Origin: Fervidobacterium sp.
GTDB lineage: Bacteria > Thermotogota > Thermotogae > Thermotogales > Fervidobacteriaceae
Length of the DNA stretch: 64,000 nt
Assembly: GCA_049970055.1 (NCBI GenBank)
Contig: JBMFNR010000002.1
Span: 372,406-436,405 of the forward strand
Direction of reading: 5' to 3'
Part shown: positions 60,354 through 64,000 of the stretch, one piece after another
Position numbering within the stretch: the first letter of the stretch is position 1
How the letters are laid out: every line of letters starts with the position of its first letter
The notes under the pieces: model-generated
The model's database searches: none
What the model was told of the DNA's origin: nothing
What the model saw: only the letters and a program-made list of their open reading frames with translations
Position numbers and translations under genes: made by a program

Positions 60354-62447
60354 ATGTTAGAAGTTTTGGTCACTTTTATTGATAGGTTTAAGTATACGAT
60401 CATAGGTACCCTGCTTTTAGTATTGTCGATAGTGATAATTTCATCACATGCAAAGATTGAGACGAAGATAGAAGTATTCTTGCCAGGTTATAAACCTGGA
60501 AAGCCTATCACTGAGATAGATGATCCATCTGTTCAAAACCTTGTTCGCATGTCCTTAAAATTCGGCGACAAAAGCAGTGTAACAGTTATCTACCATTCAG
60601 AAAAATCGTTGGATAATCAAGGTGCATTGTCTGCGATGAGAAAACTTCAAGATAAGTTAGAAAAGATGCAGTATGTAAAGTCGATTATATCGGTATTAAA
60701 TTACCCAGATAGTGAAGCGTATATATCAGGTGATGCATTGGATATCAAAAATTTACCTGAAAATATGAAGCACTTTGTTTCGAAAGATGGTAAATATGCT
60801 ATGTTCATTGTTGTTGTTGAAATTAATGGTGCGGTTGAGCCCATTGTTAGGAAAATTACAAATGAGCTGAAAGGTGAGCCTGTGATCGTACTTTCAGAAG
60901 CATCGGTAAACAACAAGCTCTTTGATGAATTAAAACGCTCGATGTTTTTTTACCCTGTAATCATGTTTGTGGTTATCCTTCTCATTTTCTCTTACCAAAC
61001 TCAGTCGCTGCGTGCAGCAGTTATTTCTTTACTAATACCCATTTTGGCAGCCATTTATACATACGCACTATATTTTTTCTTTGGTGGTGTTGTAAATGTT
61101 TTAACCGCGATGGTTATGTCCTTTTTAATAATCATAGGTTCAGCTTACCCTCTACACTTTTACAATGCTACTTTTAGAACAGAGAATGCAAGGAAGCATA
61201 TTTCTGCACCCATATTTTTGTCCATGTTGACAACAGTAATCGGATTTTTATCGTTTTTATTTGTTAAAATTCCAGCTTTCCGTGAGTTTGGAATATTAGT
61301 TTCTGTTGGATTATTGATAGATTTTCTCCTCACTCTTACAATTGGTCACGAAATGATGGCGTTTTCAAAAAGCAAAACAAAAGTATCTCCTAAGACCTTT
61401 GGAATTAGGTATTTTGGTAATAAGGTTGCATCGACGATACTGATTATAGTGATTATTGCAGTAATTACTGCTCCGTTTCTCATTTCAAAAATAAAGGTTG
61501 GACTTACGAATACGGATTATTTCTCGAAAAATTCAGAAATAGTCAAAGGATACAATATTTTAGAGACCCAATTCGGTATAAGGGATAGTATATACGTTGT
61601 ACTTGAAAAAAAGGTTGGGGTATTCTTGCCGGGGGATAATAAAAATATTAATGAAATTATTGCTGAGCTTTCTAAGTCTAGTTATATAGCTAATGTTGAC
61701 TTTCCAAAAAACATTCCGATTACAGCTCTTGTTTTCACACTTAGAAACCAACCGCTTTTAAAACATTACATAGCAGATGGTAGAACCGTAAGATTAACGG
61801 TAAACTTAACAAAGGAAGGCAATGAAAATCTCGACAAAGTTAGTGCGTTGATAAATGAAGTAGTAGGCAAATACAATTACGATTTTTACATTGCCGGTTC
61901 ACCATTTGTTTGGAAAGCTGTTAATGACAGTATTTTGATAAGTCAAATTCAAAGTCTTGTAGCAGCTCTTGTTATCGTATTTATAACGATTCTCATCGTA
62001 TTCAAAAATTTCGGTGAAGCTATTAAACTTATGTCACCAGTTTTATTTGCGACGATCTTAAATTTTGTTTATATGGCACTTTTTAAAATGAAACTTGAAA
62101 TTTCGACAGCACTCACTTCAAGTATAATAATAGGCTTGGCTATTGACTATTCTATTCACGTAGGGCATGATTATAACAGAACAAAGAATATTATTACTTC
62201 CGTCCGTAACGTAGGACCAGCTATTTTAGGAAACGCACTTGGGATCATCGGTGGATTTTTAACATTACTTTTTGGTGGAGAGCTTGCATTATTTAAGAGA
62301 ATATCAGTATTGGTTTCTCTTGGAATAGCAACTGCGACTTTACTTACTCTTACAGTATTACCTTTTATGCTTTCTTACACGGAACTTAGGAAAAAGATAA
62401 AAGCCATTAAAAAAGATAAGAAAAGTAAAGGAGGTAAAAAGCAATGA
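60354..62447 (+). CDS. MMPL/RND family transporter
   Basis: Two repeats of TM + extracytoplasmic loop + TM bundle; TTVIGF.S, GLAIDYSIH. Confidence 0.85.
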   Translation: MLEVLVTFIDRFKYTIIGTLLLVLSIVIISSHAKIETKIEVFLPGYKPGKPITEIDDPSVQNLVRMSLKFGDKSSVTVIYHSEKSLDNQGALSAMRKLQDKLEKMQYVKSIISVLNYPDSEAYISGDALDIKNLPENMKHFVSKDGKYAMFIVVVEINGAVEPIVRKITNELKGEPVIVLSEASVNNKLFDELKRSMFFYPVIMFVVILLIFSYQTQSLRAAVISLLIPILAAIYTYALYFFFGGVVNVLTAMVMSFLIIIGSAYPLHFYNATFRTENARKHISAPIFLSMLTTVIGFLSFLFVKIPAFREFGILVSVGLLIDFLLTLTIGHEMMAFSKSKTKVSPKTFGIRYFGNKVASTILIIVIIAVITAPFLISKIKVGLTNTDYFSKNSEIVKGYNILETQFGIRDSIYVVLEKKVGVFLPGDNKNINEIIAELSKSSYIANVDFPKNIPITALVFTLRNQPLLKHYIADGRTVRLTVNLTKEGNENLDKVSALINEVVGKYNYDFYIAGSPFVWKAVNDSILISQIQSLVAALVIVFITILIVFKNFGEAIKLMSPVLFATILNFVYMALFKMKLEISTALTSSIIIGLAIDYSIHVGHDYNRTKNIITSVRNVGPAILGNALGIIGGFLTLLFGGELALFKRISVLVSLGIATATLLTLTVLPFMLSYTELRKKIKAIKKDKKSKGGKKQ

Positions 62448-64000
62448 GAGAAATTCGTTTAGCGCTCGCGCAATTTAACGCAACTATGGGCGATATCGAA
62501 GGAAATAAAGAGAAGATCATAAAATACATAGAAATGGCAGTGGAAAAAGAGGCAGATTTGGTAGTTTTTCCAGAGCTTGCTATAACTGGTTATCCACCTG
62601 AGGATTTACTCTTTAAGCCTCATTTTGTTAAAAGAAATCTTGAAGCACTCGAAGAGATTGCAAGGCATTTACCAAAATCTCTTGTAGCTGTAGTGGGGTT
62701 CGTTGATGAGAACGGGGACATTTTTAATGCCGCAGCGGTACTGAATGATAGAAAAATTCAAGCAAAGTATTATAAAAATTACCTTCCAAATTACGGTGTT
62801 TTTGATGAAGTGAGATATTTTCAAAAGGGCTATAAAGCTCTTGTTTTCTTAATGGAAGATGTAAAAGTTGGAGTTACCATCTGTGAAGATATTTGGTATC
62901 CAGGTGGTCCAGCAAGGCTTGAATCATTGTTAGGTGATGCTGATTTGATAGTTAATATTTCTGCGTCACCGTATTATGTAGGAAAATTATCGTGGAGGGA
63001 AAGAATGTTATCGGTACGTGCAAATGACAATCTTTCCACAGTGGCGTATGTCAACTTTGTTGGCGGTCAAGATGAACTTATATTTGATGGAGCAAGTCTT
63101 GTTGTAAATGAAAAGGGCAAAATCATTGGTAGAGCAAGGCAATTTGAAGAAGATTTACTTGTTGTTGATGTTGATTTGCTAAACATAAGTAAATCAAGAG
63201 TAAAGGATCCAAGAAGAAGACAAGATAAATACAGTTCTTTGATTGAATTTGAAAAGGTGGATATAGTAAGGTTACCATTCAAAAGAAGCGTTAAGAAGTC
63301 CGTAATTATTAACAGGATAGAACCAGCCTTTGGTACAGTAGCGGAGGTTTATAACGCTCTTGTGTTGGCCACAAGAGATTATGTGAGGAAAAATGGCATG
63401 AAAAAAGTTGTCATTGGGTTAAGTGGTGGAATGGATAGTTCTCTAGTTGCATGTATTGCTGTTGATGCTCTTGGACGTGAGAATGTGATAGGTATCTCAA
63501 TGCCTGGTCCATTCTCGTCCAATCATAGTAAGGAAGATGCAAGAACCTTGGCTGAAAATCTTGGAATCGAATTTCTAACCATTCCAATTGTTGATGTTTA
63601 CAATTCATTCTTAGGATTATTTAAACCTGTCTTTGAAGATAGGCCGTTTGATATAACTGAAGAGAATTTGCAAGCAAGGATCCGCGGTGTAATTCTCATG
63701 GCGTTATCCAACAAATTTGGTTGGCTTGTTTTAACGACAGGAAACAAAAGTGAGATAAGCACTGGTTACTCAACACTCTATGGCGATACTGCCGGTGGTT
63801 TTGCTGTAATCAAAGATGTTTATAAAACGTTTGTCTACAAACTTGCCGAGTACGTAAATCAAAAGGCTGGAAAAGAAATTATTCCACGTAGGGTATTTGA
63901 AAAGGCACCGAGTGCAGAGTTAAGAGAAAATCAGACAGACCAAGACAAGCTCCCACCTTACGAAATACTTGATCGCATTCTGAAACTGTACGTTGAAGAT
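62444..64000 (+). CDS. nadE: Glutamine-dependent NAD+ synthetase (3' end runs off the window)
   Basis: Not in the ORF track. ATG 62444 gives MREIRLALAQFN..., FPEL..TGYPPEDL, LPNYGVFDE.RYF, ICEDIW, GLSGGMDS, NLQARIRG, TGNKSE, PSAEL. Confidence 0.95.
   Translation, partial: MREIRLALAQFNATMGDIEGNKEKIIKYIEMAVEKEADLVVFPELAITGYPPEDLLFKPHFVKRNLEALEEIARHLPKSLVAVVGFVDENGDIFNAAAVLNDRKIQAKYYKNYLPNYGVFDEVRYFQKGYKALVFLMEDVKVGVTICEDIWYPGGPARLESLLGDADLIVNISASPYYVGKLSWRERMLSVRANDNLSTVAYVNFVGGQDELIFDGASLVVNEKGKIIGRARQFEEDLLVVDVDLLNISKSRVKDPRRRQDKYSSLIEFEKVDIVRLPFKRSVKKSVIINRIEPAFGTVAEVYNALVLATRDYVRKNGMKKVVIGLSGGMDSSLVACIAVDALGRENVIGISMPGPFSSNHSKEDARTLAENLGIEFLTIPIVDVYNSFLGLFKPVFEDRPFDITEENLQARIRGVILMALSNKFGWLVLTTGNKSEISTGYSTLYGDTAGGFAVIKDVYKTFVYKLAEYVNQKAGKEIIPRRVFEKAPSAELRENQTDQDKLPPYEILDRILKLYVED

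Overview
AT-rich, gene-dense bacterial chromosome segment, most consistent with a Thermotogota organism of the Fervidobacterium/Thermosipho type (inferred from gene content and protein style, not from a database search). It holds about 50 mostly housekeeping or metabolic CDSs: trmB, nnr, htrA, ttuA, rodA, cdd, recN, phoH-HD-ybeY, rpe, dnaE, apbE, gcvT/PA/PB, phoA, fliH/I, ackA, fba, thiI, an MMPL transporter and nadE. I saw no tRNA, rRNA, CRISPR array, integrase or intact IS. Highlights: (1) a self-contained five-gene NuoE-Fd-NuoF-NuoE-NuoF operon with no hydrogenase or NuoG catalytic subunit, pairing one NuoF with bifurcating-type signatures and one with non-bifurcating-type signatures; (2) dnaE apparently starts at a non-canonical AUU/AUC codon behind a hairpin-occluded Shine-Dalgarno; (3) a DUF2007-like domain fused in frame to GcvT with an internal RBS retained; (4) a YbhB/YbcL gene with two in-frame RBS/starts, suggesting exported and cytoplasmic isoforms; (5) two decaying paralogous CsgG/FlgT-like envelope genes; (6) Rex-like operators at redox genes; (7) an unannotated 30-codon hydrophobic ORF.
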